Shown: positions 29,255-39,109, counted from the first letter of the stretch. The stretch: DNA of 64,000 nt from an uncultured Solirubrobacterales bacterium (GCA_963816975.1 CAWFMD010000006.1:1499208-1563207); one strand, 5' to 3'. The notes: a model not told the origin generated them from the letters alone. A program made the numbers and translations.

Positions 29255-30463
29255 TTACCCGAGCCAGCGTTCGTCGAGCCGCCGCACCACTCCCTCGCAC
29301 AGGCGCACGCCGTCGGCGAACGTGGCGTAGTCGACGTGCTCGGGCGTGTCGGTGCGCCAGTGGTAGTTCGCGGGCGCCTTGTAGTCCGTCACCGACCCCA
29401 GGCAGGCGCACGGGTAACCGCGCTTCAGCGCGTGCAGCCCGTCGGTCGCGTTGCGCAGCCTCAGGTTGGGGAACAGCCACACGCCCAATTCCTCGGCCAC
29501 GGAGTCGACCAGGTCGAGCCCGGCGCGCGGGTACTCGTTCATGTGGAGCATGCCCTCGCCCCTGATCGCGGTCAGGTGCGGCGAGCCGATCGTGTCGACG
29601 GCGAGGAAGAAGGTGTCCCGGGGCGGCAACGCCGGCGCATGGCGGCGCATGAACGCCTGCATGCCCTCCATGAACGACTCCTCCGAACCGGTCGATACGA
29701 GCAGCACGCGCACCGACGACGTGGGTTGGGCGGCGAGCCGGCGCGCCAACTCGATCAGCGCGATCACCCCGGTGCCGTTGTCGTTTGCCCCGGGCACGAC
29801 GCGGGTCGAGCCGATCTGCGCGAACACCGCGGCCGCACCCGCCGACACGATCGCGCCGGCGCGGCGCAACGCGCGGTTGCCGGTCAGCGAGCCGAGCGCC
29901 GCGAGCGCGGGCCCGGCGAACACCGGCCACATCAGCGGGGGGCTCGTGTCGTTGTCCTCGATCAGCGTGGGAAAGTGACGCCACACGAATGCGGGGATGG
30001 CGGGGTGGAAGATCACGCCCGACTTGGCGGCGTCGTGATGGGCGACGACCACGACCGTGCGCCCGGCGTCCGCGGGGCCCATCTCGGCGACCACGTTGAA
30101 GGTCTCGCGCTGCGGCAATGGCCGGCGCGCGTGCTGCCGGCCGCCGGTGATGTCATCCCACACTCCCGCCGCCGCCAGCGCCGCCAGCGCCCCGCCCGCG
30201 ACGCGGTGGCGTCCCCCGATCATCGCTCCCGCCACACCGCCGGTGCTGAGCAGCGCGAGCGGGCCCCAGTAGCCGCCGTGCACGCGCGCAGTCTCGATCG
30301 CCGCCCGGGCGCCGTGCGCAGCCAGCCGTTCGACTGCCCACTCGGCCGCCCGGCGCTCCCCAGCGGATGCGGACGGGCGGTGGATCGACGCCAGCTCGGT
30401 CAGCTCCGATCGCAGGCGATCGACCGGTGGCGCCGGGATGCGTTCGGTGACCGGAGCGCTCAC
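29255..30463 (-). CDS. M28 family membrane-associated peptidase
   Basis: AHHD, PGANDNGTG, SEE, D and YH zinc ligands. Confidence 0.85.
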   Translation of the reverse strand: MSAPVTERIPAPPVDRLRSELTELASIHRPSASAGERRAAEWAVERLAAHGARAAIETARVHGGYWGPLALLSTGGVAGAMIGGRHRVAGGALAALAAAGVWDDITGGRQHARRPLPQRETFNVVAEMGPADAGRTVVVVAHHDAAKSGVIFHPAIPAFVWRHFPTLIEDNDTSPPLMWPVFAGPALAALGSLTGNRALRRAGAIVSAGAAAVFAQIGSTRVVPGANDNGTGVIALIELARRLAAQPTSSVRVLLVSTGSEESFMEGMQAFMRRHAPALPPRDTFFLAVDTIGSPHLTAIRGEGMLHMNEYPRAGLDLVDSVAEELGVWLFPNLRLRNATDGLHALKRGYPCACLGSVTDYKAPANYHWRTDTPEHVDYATFADGVRLCEGVVRRLDERWLG

Positions 30464-30594
30464 GTGGTGTTGATCGCGTGTCCGGCGTAGGCGAGCGGCC
30501 TACCGCGCGTCTCGTCGTCGAGCGGCATCAGCGCGCGCAGCATAGTCCAGGGTCGATCGGGTCGGCCGGAGCGCGCCCTATAGGCTTTCGCCTC

Positions 30595-31011
30595 GTGGCC
30601 GACCCCCAGGCTCATTGCATCTTCTGCCAGGTGATCGCAGGCGAGATCCCCGGCGAGGTGATCGACTCGGACGACCACACGTTGACCGTCCTGGACATCA
30701 ACCCGGCGACCCGCGGCCATGCCGTCGTGATCACACGGACCCATGCCGAGAACCTGCTCGAGCTGAGCGACGCGGACCTGCTGTCGGCGATGAGCGCGGT
30801 GCGGCGGGTCGTGCTCCGCATGCGCGACACGCTGGAACCCGACGGTTTCAACGTGCTCCACAACATCGGAAGGGCGGCATGGCAGTCGATCTTCCACTTC
30901 CACGTGCACGTGATCCCGCGCTACCGGGACGATCCGCTGCAGCTTCCGTGGCTGCCGGAACCGGCGGACCCGGAGGAGCTGAAGCGGGTCGCAGCCACGC
31001 TTCGCGGTTGA
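30595..31011 (+). CDS. HIT family hydrolase
   Basis: CIFC, HFHVH. Confidence 0.93.
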   Translation: MADPQAHCIFCQVIAGEIPGEVIDSDDHTLTVLDINPATRGHAVVITRTHAENLLELSDADLLSAMSAVRRVVLRMRDTLEPDGFNVLHNIGRAAWQSIFHFHVHVIPRYRDDPLQLPWLPEPADPEELKRVAATLRG

Positions 31012-31044
31012 TCCCGAGACGTCGCTAGTAACCTTTGGGGCCGC

Positions 31045-31263
31045 ATGGGAAAGGAAGAAAAGATCGAGATGGAGGGCGAGATCCTGGAAGCCCTCCCGAA
31101 TACGATGTTCCGCGTGAAGCTCGACAACGAGCACCTGGTCCTGGGCCACATCTCCGGGAAGATGCGCCGGCACTACATCCGCATCCTGCCGGGTGACCGC
31201 GTGAAGATCGAGCTGTCGCCCTACGACCTCGAACGCGGCCGCATCACGTACCGCTACAAGTAA
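31045..31263 (+). CDS. infA: Translation initiation factor IF-1
   Basis: [22 protein letters not shown]. Confidence 0.98.
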   Translation: MGKEEKIEMEGEILEALPNTMFRVKLDNEHLVLGHISGKMRRHYIRILPGDRVKIELSPYDLERGRITYRYK

Positions 31264-31264
31264 G

Positions 31265-31327
31265 GCGGGATTTCCTTAGGCGGAAATCCCGGTGGCTGTG
31301 GGACGGCGCCGGAAATCCCGGGGGCTA
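31265..31327. repeat. REP/MITE-like palindrome (one full copy plus one half copy)
   Basis: CGGGATTTCC-TTAGGC-GGAAATCCCG-GTGGCT; near reverse complement of 29169-29204. Confidence 0.9.
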
Positions 31328-32701
31328 CGGGACGGCCGCGGCGCTTTGGGCGAGCGGCGGTACTGCGTCGACGAACCGGCGCTCGGTGGCCTGCTCGAGC
31401 AGCTCCGCGACGTCCAGCAGGCGTTCGTCCTCGCGCCAGTGTGCGACCAGGTGCAGGGCGACGGGCAGGTTGTGCCGCGTGAAGCCGCACGGAGCTGACA
31501 GCGCGGGCACGCCCGTGAGGTTGCCGATCCCACCCTGGCGCACGTTGGCGTAGTCGGCCGGGACCTCGCCGGAGGGGAGCTGCACGCGCGGGTCCTCGAT
31601 CGGCGGCGCGGGCGCGGGGACCATCGGCCAGGCCAACACGTCTACGTGCTCGAACGCTCTGGCCAGGGAGCGACGCAGCTGGGCGCGCACGAGCTCGGTG
31701 CGCACCAGCACGGTGGCGGGCGCCAGGCTCAGGTATTTCGCGAGCGCGCGGCCGACCGGCGAGACATCGGGCTCGACCTCCCGCCAGATCTCGGGCTTCG
31801 CAAAAGGATCACCCTCGAGCCCGAGGCGCAGCACCGTCGCGATGCGCACGTGCTCGGTGCCCTCCAGCTCCACCTCGGTGACGGTCAGGCCACTCTCGCG
31901 CAGGCGCTCCACCGCCGCCTCGCAGTGTTCGCGCACCTCTGGATCGACGTCGTCCCAGAACGTGCGCACGACGCCGATCCGCAGGCTCGTCGCGCGCCCC
32001 GCCTGCAGTGTTCGCCCGAGCAGGGCCCCGCCCAGCACGCGCGCGTCGGCGACGTCGCGGCACATCGGCCCGGGCGCGCCCAGCGACGCGTGGCCGTGCG
32101 TGTAGCCGTCGGGCGGCACCAGCCCCCAGGTGTGCTTCAGGCCCGTGATGCCGTTGTATGCGGCCGGGTAGCGAATCGACCCGCCGCCGTCCGTTCCCAC
32201 CGCGCCCGCGACGAGTCGCGCCGCGACCGCCGCACCGGAGCCGCCGGAGGACCCGCCGGCGCAGCGTGAGGTGTCCCAGGGGTTCGCGCACGGCCCGTAG
32301 GCCGACAGGTGGCCGGTGGAGCCCGCACCGAACTCGTGCATGTTGGTGACCGCCACGATCACGGCGCCCGCGTCACGCAACCGCCGGTAGACGGCGGACT
32401 CGCCGGGCCCGAAGCCCTGGAGGTTGCGGGGTGCGCCGTCGCGGGGCGCGCGCCACGGCAGCGTGAACATGTCCTTGACGGCGATCGGCACGCCGTGGAG
32501 CGGTCCCTCGGGGGCCTCGCTCAGCATGCGCGCCGACTCGGATGCGAAGGTGTCGACGATCGAGTTGACCGGCCCGTCGCGCTCCTCGATGCGGCTCAGG
32601 GTGGCCTCCAGCAGCTCGGTCGCGTCGAGCTCCCCCGACGCCACCGCGCGCGCCTGCTCGCGCAGCGAAAGCTCCTGGGGATGGCTGCCCTCGACGCTCA
32701 T
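31325..32701 (-). CDS. Amidase signature family enzyme
   Basis: PIAVKD, GGSSGGS, GTDGGGSIRYPA. Confidence 0.93.
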   Translation of the reverse strand: MSVEGSHPQELSLREQARAVASGELDATELLEATLSRIEERDGPVNSIVDTFASESARMLSEAPEGPLHGVPIAVKDMFTLPWRAPRDGAPRNLQGFGPGESAVYRRLRDAGAVIVAVTNMHEFGAGSTGHLSAYGPCANPWDTSRCAGGSSGGSGAAVAARLVAGAVGTDGGGSIRYPAAYNGITGLKHTWGLVPPDGYTHGHASLGAPGPMCRDVADARVLGGALLGRTLQAGRATSLRIGVVRTFWDDVDPEVREHCEAAVERLRESGLTVTEVELEGTEHVRIATVLRLGLEGDPFAKPEIWREVEPDVSPVGRALAKYLSLAPATVLVRTELVRAQLRRSLARAFEHVDVLAWPMVPAPAPPIEDPRVQLPSGEVPADYANVRQGGIGNLTGVPALSAPCGFTRHNLPVALHLVAHWREDERLLDVAELLEQATERRFVDAVPPLAQSAAAVP

Positions 32702-32910
32702 CCGGTGGTGCCCGCGTCGGTGGGCGCCCGGGACGGGTCGAAATCGTGCTCGTACGGGACCTGGCTGAGGTCCGCGGCGAGCAGGGCGTCCCGCTCGGGG
32801 CCGTAGACCGCCTCCGCGATGCTCATCACGGCGAGGTCGACCGCGTCCACCTGGATGCCCGCACGAGCCAGCGCCACGCGGGCGTACTCCTGAAAGTCCT
32901 CTCCCGGCAT
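32698..32910 (-). CDS. Small acidic protein, possible GatC/AtzG-like amidase partner
   Basis: 70 aa, ATGA overlap with the amidase; TAGGGT 8 nt upstream of ATG. Confidence 0.65.
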   Translation of the reverse strand: MPGEDFQEYARVALARAGIQVDAVDLAVMSIAEAVYGPERDALLAADLSQVPYEHDFDPSRAPTDAGTTG

Positions 32911-33007
32911 CGGCGCCAACCCTATCGCGGGGCCACCTGGGACAAACGCTTCCGCCGCGGCCGGGCCGTGCAGGCCCGCCGGCCTCGAGCGCGAAACACT
33001 GTCCGGC

Positions 33008-33799
33008 ATGCGGAACTTGCGGCTCCGATACGTGTTAGGGCGGCTGATGTCAGTGAAGCTCCTCCGCGGCCTCCCGGCCATCGGTGCGGCGTGCGCATTC
33101 GCGGCGACCGCGCTGGCCGCCGGCCCCGATCACGGCCGCAATGCGGCCGCTCAGTCGATCGTGCTGGGCAAGACGCCCGAATACCCGGCGTCCGGTTGCC
33201 CCGCCCCGGACCAGTGCGAGGTCGTGGCCCGGGTGACCGGGATCCAGATGCGCGCCTTCGGGATCGAGCATCCCTTCAAGTCGCCCGCCTCCGGTCAGAT
33301 CGTGGCCTGGTGGCTGAAGCTCCCGAAGCTCCGCAGCACGCAGATCCGGACTTTCAACGGCCTGTTCGGCGGCGACCCCGCGGCGCGGGTCGCGGTCCTG
33401 CGCCGCGGTAAGCGCGGGCGCTTCAGGCTGATCCGCCAGAGCGATACCCAGCCCCTGCGCGGCGACCTCGGGCGGGCCGGGCGCGCGCGGTACCGGCTAT
33501 CGACCCCGCTGCGCGTCAAGCAGGGCGACTACGTCGGGCTGACGGCCGTCACGTGGCTGCCGGCCTTCGCCGTCAACCTCGATGCCGCCGGGAACTCCTG
33601 GTTGGCCAGTCGTCCAAAGCGCCGCTGCGCCACGCCCGCGAGCAGCCGGCCAAAGCAGTTCGCCGAGTACTACAAGCGCAACGACGCCCAGCTCCAGGCG
33701 AGCACCGTGAAGGAGTACAGGTGCTCGTACCAGACGGCGCGACTGCTCTATTGGGCGCGGATCGTGCCGGACCCCGCCGCCCCCGCCGGCACGTCCTAG
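33008..33799 (+). CDS. Secreted hypothetical protein
   Basis: Signal peptide (ATALAA), four Cys in the mature part, strong coding codon bias; start may be 33047. Confidence 0.75.
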   Translation: MRNLRLRYVLGRLMSVKLLRGLPAIGAACAFAATALAAGPDHGRNAAAQSIVLGKTPEYPASGCPAPDQCEVVARVTGIQMRAFGIEHPFKSPASGQIVAWWLKLPKLRSTQIRTFNGLFGGDPAARVAVLRRGKRGRFRLIRQSDTQPLRGDLGRAGRARYRLSTPLRVKQGDYVGLTAVTWLPAFAVNLDAAGNSWLASRPKRRCATPASSRPKQFAEYYKRNDAQLQASTVKEYRCSYQTARLLYWARIVPDPAAPAGTS

Positions 33800-33824
33800 G
33801 GGGCGTTCCCCGCCGGGCCGGGCC

Positions 33825-34217
33825 TCAGCAGGCGCTCGGGTTCTCCTGACAGAACTGCTCGAAGCGCTCTGCCGGGCTCCCGCTCGGCGGCGGTGTGTCG
33901 TTCGTCTCGGTGTCGGCCGGGGGGGAGGCGCCGCCACCGGAGTCCGGCTGCGACGGCGCAGGTTGACCCGGGTCGTCCGCGCCGCCGGACTGGTCCTGCT
34001 GCGACTGACTCTCGTCGGTCGTCGTGCGATCGCCCCGGGTGCGCGTGTTCGACTCGTCCAGCGACGAACCGGGCGGGGGCGTCAGCTCCGGCACGGACTG
34101 GGGCGCCCCGCCGCCGCCTCCTTCATCCCCGCCGCCGGCGATCACGACGCCGGCCACGACTCCGGTGGCGACTGCTGCAATGGCGATCAACGCGAACCTG
34201 CGCGCGGTGGGGGACAC
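33825..34217 (-). CDS. Membrane-anchored low-complexity protein with a C-terminal CX5C
   Basis: N-terminal TM, P/S/Q/D linker, ends FEQFCQENPSAC. Confidence 0.75.
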   Translation of the reverse strand: MSPTARRFALIAIAAVATGVVAGVVIAGGGDEGGGGGAPQSVPELTPPPGSSLDESNTRTRGDRTTTDESQSQQDQSGGADDPGQPAPSQPDSGGGASPPADTETNDTPPPSGSPAERFEQFCQENPSAC

Positions 34218-34222
34218 GAGAG

Positions 34223-34525
34223 TTAAGGGTGACGCGGCAGCGGCGCCATGCGCCTGCCGCAGTAGGGGCAGTCGCTCAGATCCCGGCCGACCAGCTCCTC
34301 GCAGTGGGGGCAGAGCCGCAGGTTCTCCGGGGAGCGGGGCAGATTGGACGGGCTGTTTGCGGTCGGCACGAGTTTGCCGACCACCTCCATGCGCTCGCCG
34401 GTCACGTGGTCGTAGTAGCCGACGGCGTCGCTGTCCCGGGGCACGGCTACGTCCCCGTCCAGGGAGACGACCGATTCACGGCCGGAGGCCGGCGCGCGCA
34501 GCCTGTATCGCTCAGGGCGCTTCAC
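34223..34525 (-). CDS. Zinc-ribbon protein
   Basis: CPHC-X10-CPYC; TATCTT 7 nt upstream of GTG. Confidence 0.75.
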   Translation of the reverse strand: MKRPERYRLRAPASGRESVVSLDGDVAVPRDSDAVGYYDHVTGERMEVVGKLVPTANSPSNLPRSPENLRLCPHCEELVGRDLSDCPYCGRRMAPLPRHP

Positions 34526-34578
34526 CGCGGGCAAGATAGCAAGCGCCCGGGACCACGGGGCGCGGGTCGGCCCGCGCC

Positions 34579-35532
34579 TCAGCCGGAGACCATGTCGACG
34601 GCGCTGCCGTCCTGCCAGCGCGCCATCAGGTCGCCGGTCTGCCACGGCGCGCCGTCGTCGAGGCGCCCGACCTGCTCGACATAGGCTGCCAGCGCCCGCC
34701 GTGCGGCGGGGGTCGACGCCGCCGCCATGAACCCCGCGCGCTCAACGTGCAGGCCCTCCGGCAGCGGCCTGGACGCCCCTTCGTAGACGGCCTCCTTGAG
34801 TGCTCGCACAGACGCCGGGGAGCGCCGCGCGAGCCGCGCCGCGGTGGCGATCGCCTCCTCGAGCAGCTGCGCCGGCTCCGCCGTGCGGTGCACGAGGCCC
34901 GCCTCGAGCGCCTCCGCCGGCGTCAGCACCCGCCCCTCGAGCATCATCTCGAGCGCCCGGGTCGGTCCCAGCGCTCGCACCAGGCGCTGGGTGCCGCCCG
35001 CTCCCGGGATGATCCCCAGCGTGACCTCGGGGAGCCCGATCCGGTGGTCGCCGCGCGCCATGATCCGGATGTCGCAAGCGAGCGCCAGCTCGCAGCCGCC
35101 GCCCAGCGCGAGGCCGTTGATGGCCGCCACGAAGACCTTGTCGAGCCTGTTCATGCGCAGGAAGACGTCGTGGATCTGCAGCAGCGCGGACATCCCGCCC
35201 ACCGGGGAGCGCTCGATCAGCCCGCGCGCGCCGGGGATCCGCCGCACGGCGCCGATCGCGCGCAGGCCCCCGCCGGCCTGGGCGGCCGACACGGTGGCGC
35301 CGACGCGCTGGGTCCCGCGCCTGATCTCCTCCACGTCGAAGTGGGTGATGAACACGTCGGGGGGAGTGCCCGTGAGGACCACGGCGCCCACCGAGCGGTC
35401 GCCTTCGAGGTCGCGGCACAGCGCCTCCAGCTCACCCACCATCGCTTGCGTCATGAAGTTGCGCGGAGGGTTGTCGAGGCGCGCCACCAGCACGCGGCCG
35501 TTGCGCTCGATGTGGACTGTTTCGTTGGCCAT
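34579..35532 (-). CDS. Enoyl-CoA hydratase/isomerase family protein
   Basis: ALGGGCELALACD, PEVTLGIIPGAGGTQRL. Confidence 0.92.
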   Translation of the reverse strand: MANETVHIERNGRVLVARLDNPPRNFMTQAMVGELEALCRDLEGDRSVGAVVLTGTPPDVFITHFDVEEIRRGTQRVGATVSAAQAGGGLRAIGAVRRIPGARGLIERSPVGGMSALLQIHDVFLRMNRLDKVFVAAINGLALGGGCELALACDIRIMARGDHRIGLPEVTLGIIPGAGGTQRLVRALGPTRALEMMLEGRVLTPAEALEAGLVHRTAEPAQLLEEAIATAARLARRSPASVRALKEAVYEGASRPLPEGLHVERAGFMAAASTPAARRALAAYVEQVGRLDDGAPWQTGDLMARWQDGSAVDMVSG

Positions 35533-35621
35533 CGCAGCTCCCAGGTCGTGGTGTGCGGACCGAGCCTATCCGCCGCCCGCCGCTCACCGGCTGCCGCCGG
35601 GTTATCTAGACTCGCGACGCC

Positions 35622-37301
35622 TTGAGGCTCCTGATCTTCCACGGCTATCTGCTGCGCGGCACCGGGTCGAACGTGTACAACGCCGAGCTGGCCGTGGCGC
35701 TCGCGCGGCTCGGGCACGACGTGCACCTGTTGTCGCAGGAGGCCAATCCCGAGCAACTCGGCTTCGTGGACTCGATCGGCCGCTGGCAGGGGGGCCGACT
35801 GGAGGTGCATCAGGTGCGCCGGCCCCCCTATGCGGGCACGGTGACCGTCTACCGGCCCGACCTGCACGGCCTGTTGCCGGTGTACGTGTACGACGACTAC
35901 GAGGGCTTCGAGGTGCGCACGTTCGACCGGCTCGACGACTCCGAGCTGGAGCGATACGTGCAGGCGAATGCGGATGCGGTGCACGACGTGGCGCGGATCG
36001 CCGACGTCGAGGCCGGGTTTGCGAATCACGTGCTGATGGGCCCCGCGATCCTCGCGCGCGGCCTCGGCGCGCGGCCCTACGCGGTGAAGATCCACGGCTC
36101 GGCGCTGGAGTACACGCTGAAACCCCACTACAAGCGGTTTGCTCCGTACGCAAGCGAGGGGCTCGTCCCCGCCAAGGCCGTGCTGGTCGGCTCGCGCCAC
36201 ACCGCGGAGAGCCTCTGGGCGGCGATGCCGCTCGAGGGGTTGCGCGAGCGCACGTTCCTGGGACCGCCCGGCGTGGACGTGCACACGTTCGTCCCGCGTG
36301 ACAAACCGTCCGCGGCCCAGGAGCTGGGCGCGCTCGTGCGCTGGCTCGACTCCGCGGAGCGCACCGGTTTCGGACCTGCCGCGGGTGAGGCGATCGGCGC
36401 GCTGTGTCATCCGCGCCGCGACAAGCTCCCCGAGCCGGAGGAGCTGGCCGCGGTGCGCGCCGGGTATGACGTGACCGGCATCGACCTGGGCGCGCCGGAC
36501 GGGCTTGCCGCGCTGGACCCGCGGCGTGAGCCCATCGTCTGCTATGTGGGCAAGCTGATCGTCTCGAAGGGAGTCGACCTGCTGCTCGCCGCCTGGCCGC
36601 GCGTGCTCGCGCGCGAGCCCCGGGCAAAGCTCGTGATCGTCGGCTTCGGCACCTATCGCGAGGGGCTCGAGGTCCTCCTGCGCGGGCTGGAGCGCGCCGA
36701 CGAGCGCCTGCTGATGCACATCTGCCGCCAAGGCCGCGCGCTCGAAGGCGGGCCGCGCGACCAGCTCACTTATCTGCGCACGTTCCTGGAGGGCATCGCC
36801 GGCCGCCACGAGCGCTACTTCGCGGCCGCCAAGAAGATGCGCGAGAGCATCGTGTTCACGGGCCGGCTCGACCACGGCGAGCTCGCGCGTGTCCTGCCGA
36901 GCGCGGAGGAGATCATCGTGCCGAGCATGTTCCCCGAGGCCTTCGGGATGGTCGCCGCCGAGGGGGCCGCCTGCGGAGCGCTCCCGATCTGCGCCGCGCA
37001 CTCCGGCCTGGCCGAGGTGACCGCGATCCTGGGCGAGAAGCTGCCGCCGCAGGTGCGACGGCTGCTGTCCTTCGAGCGGGGCATGCATGCGGTCGAGGAC
37101 CTCGCGTCCGCGATGACGGGGTGGCTCGATCTCGACGAGCGCCTGCGGGTCTCGGGCCGGGTCGGCCTGGCCGCCACCGCTGCCGGCCGATTCGGGTGGG
37201 AATCGGTCGCCGGGAGCGTGATCAACGCGGCGCGAGGTCGCACGGCGGTGCTGGAGCCGGTGCCGGGCGCGGTCCCGTTCTCGGGCCAGGCCGCTTCGTA
37301 G
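35622..37301 (+). CDS. GT4 family glycosyltransferase
   Basis: GTGSNVY, VGKLIVSKGVD, EAFGMVAAE. Confidence 0.9.
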   Translation: MRLLIFHGYLLRGTGSNVYNAELAVALARLGHDVHLLSQEANPEQLGFVDSIGRWQGGRLEVHQVRRPPYAGTVTVYRPDLHGLLPVYVYDDYEGFEVRTFDRLDDSELERYVQANADAVHDVARIADVEAGFANHVLMGPAILARGLGARPYAVKIHGSALEYTLKPHYKRFAPYASEGLVPAKAVLVGSRHTAESLWAAMPLEGLRERTFLGPPGVDVHTFVPRDKPSAAQELGALVRWLDSAERTGFGPAAGEAIGALCHPRRDKLPEPEELAAVRAGYDVTGIDLGAPDGLAALDPRREPIVCYVGKLIVSKGVDLLLAAWPRVLAREPRAKLVIVGFGTYREGLEVLLRGLERADERLLMHICRQGRALEGGPRDQLTYLRTFLEGIAGRHERYFAAAKKMRESIVFTGRLDHGELARVLPSAEEIIVPSMFPEAFGMVAAEGAACGALPICAAHSGLAEVTAILGEKLPPQVRRLLSFERGMHAVEDLASAMTGWLDLDERLRVSGRVGLAATAAGRFGWESVAGSVINAARGRTAVLEPVPGAVPFSGQAAS

Positions 37302-37406
37302 CGCCGTGGCCGCCCGCCCTATGCAGGAGCTTTCGTCGCGCCTTCACGGCGGCGGCCGCGTTTACTAATCTTGCATCAATAGGCACGAATACAGGGGGAA
37401 TGCCGT

Positions 37407-37793
37407 ATGCATGTTCGGGATGGGATGTCCAGCGTGGTGTTGACGGTCGGGCCGGGGCACAGCCTCGCCGATGCCGCCCGCCTGATGGCCGAGCGCAACG
37501 TCGGCGCGGCGATCGTGGTTGACCCCGAGAGCCCCGGCCCGGGCATCATCACCGAGCGTGACATCCTGCGGTCCGTCGCCGCGGGGGAGAACCCCGCGAC
37601 CGAAGTCGTGGCCGACCATCTCACCGGGGAGCTGATCAGCGCCTCACCCGACTGGAGCCTCGAGCAGGCCGCGGAGGCGATGCTCGACGGCTCCTTCCGC
37701 CACCTGCTGGTCGTGAACGGCGCGGAGCTCGAGGGCATCCTCAGCATGCGCGACATCGTGCGCTGCTGGGCGCAAAACCGCGTCGCGGGGTAG
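37407..37793 (+). CDS. CBS domain pair protein
   Basis: GIITERDI, FRHLLV, GILSMRD. Confidence 0.92.
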   Translation: MHVRDGMSSVVLTVGPGHSLADAARLMAERNVGAAIVVDPESPGPGIITERDILRSVAAGENPATEVVADHLTGELISASPDWSLEQAAEAMLDGSFRHLLVVNGAELEGILSMRDIVRCWAQNRVAG

Positions 37794-37808
37794 GCGCGGA
37801 CGGACGGT

Positions 37809-38033
37809 CTAGCGCTCGCGCGGCAGCTGCTCGTACTCGGCCCGCGCGACCTTGATCCACCGCCACGTGGTGAACAGCGTGATCGCGGCGCCCGCGATCA
37901 CGAATCCCCAGGAGAGGATCAGCCCCACGAGGGCCACCGTGATCCCGATCGCGGCGAACAGCGGCAGCAGGCTGGGCGCCGGCAGGTGTATCTGCTCGGC
38001 CTGGTCGCCGTTCTTGCGGGGGCGGTACGGCAT
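37809..38033 (-). CDS. Small two-TM protein, cytochrome c oxidase accessory subunit-like
   Basis: IHLPAPSLLP motif resembles oxidase subunit I-tail/CtaF segments; downstream of the cta cluster. Confidence 0.65.
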   Translation of the reverse strand: MPYRPRKNGDQAEQIHLPAPSLLPLFAAIGITVALVGLILSWGFVIAGAAITLFTTWRWIKVARAEYEQLPRER

Positions 38034-38143
38034 CAGTTCAGGTACAGGTGCGCGACCAGGAACGTGGCGCCGAAGATCATCACCGACAGCGATGCGGCGA
38101 TCAGGCCGGTGACGAGGTTCTTGCGGGCGAGCTTGCGGTCCAT
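38033..38143 (-). CDS. 36-aa single-TM protein
   Basis: MDRKLARKNLVTGLIAAS...; TAGGAT 7 nt upstream; TGATG coupling to the next ORF. Confidence 0.65.
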   Translation of the reverse strand: MDRKLARKNLVTGLIAASLSVMIFGATFLVAHLYLN

Positions 38144-38172
38144 CGGCGGGATCCTAACCTGAGGCGCGCCGG

Positions 38173-39081
38173 TTACAGCACGCGGTCGATCGCCATCGCG
38201 CAGAAGAGCAGCGCAAGATAGGCGAGGGAGTAGTGGAACAAGAGCGCCGCGGAACGCCGGTCGGAGCGGCGGTAGAGGCGGATGCAAAGCCACAGGAAGG
38301 CGAGGTTGAGCACCGTCGCGGCGACCGCGTAGATCATGCCGAAGAGCCCGCCGGCGATCGGTAGCGCCGTGATCGCGAGCAGCAGCCACCCGTACAGCAG
38401 GATCTGGCGGCGCGTCTCAGCCTCGCCGTCGACCACGGGCAGCATCGGAATCCCCGTGCGCGCGTACTCGTCCTTGATCAGCAGTGCCAGCGCCCAGAAG
38501 TGCGGGGGGGTCCAGTAGAAGACGATCGCGAACAGGTAGAACGCCGACGGGTCGAGGCCGCCGGTGGCGGCCGCCCAGCCGACCAGCGGCGGGACGGCGC
38601 CCGCCGCGCCGCCGATCACGATGTTCTGGGTCGTGCGCGGCTTCAGCCACAACGTGTACACGAACACGTAGCCGAGCAGCCCCGCCATCGCCAGCAGCGC
38701 CGCCGGCAGGTTCACGGCCAGCGCGAACAACGCGAACGAGAGCGCGCCCAGCGCGATTCCGAACCACAGTGCGGCCCGCGGCTCGATCCGGCCCGATGGC
38801 AGCGGGCGCCGCGAGGTGCGCGACATGCGTGCGTCGATGTCGCGCTCGATGTAGTGATTGATCGCGCCGGCTCCACCGGCCGCCAGGTAACCGCCGGCGA
38901 GCGTCGCCAGCAGCAGTCCCAGCGACGGCGAGGGGTCCGCGACGAACATGGTCGCCGCAGTGGTCACCAGCAGCAGGGAGATGACCCGCGGCTTGGTCAG
39001 GGCCACGTAGTCGGCGACCAGCTCGCGGGCGCCGTACAGCCAGGTTGCGTGGGCCGGACGTGCCCCGGTGCCGGCTTCCAT
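38173..39081 (-). CDS. ctaB: Heme o synthase (protoheme IX farnesyltransferase)
   Basis: LTKPRV, ERDIDARMSRT, WTPPHFWAL. Confidence 0.96.
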   Translation of the reverse strand: MEAGTGARPAHATWLYGARELVADYVALTKPRVISLLLVTTAATMFVADPSPSLGLLLATLAGGYLAAGGAGAINHYIERDIDARMSRTSRRPLPSGRIEPRAALWFGIALGALSFALFALAVNLPAALLAMAGLLGYVFVYTLWLKPRTTQNIVIGGAAGAVPPLVGWAAATGGLDPSAFYLFAIVFYWTPPHFWALALLIKDEYARTGIPMLPVVDGEAETRRQILLYGWLLLAITALPIAGGLFGMIYAVAATVLNLAFLWLCIRLYRRSDRRSAALLFHYSLAYLALLFCAMAIDRVL

Positions 39082-39109
39082 CAGGCGCTGCTCCGGTCGG
39101 AACGAGCGC

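Noticed and set aside
22938-31327. 34-36-bp palindromic repeats as CRISPR arrays
   Set aside because: Only about two copies per site, directly adjacent with no unique spacers, and no cas genes.
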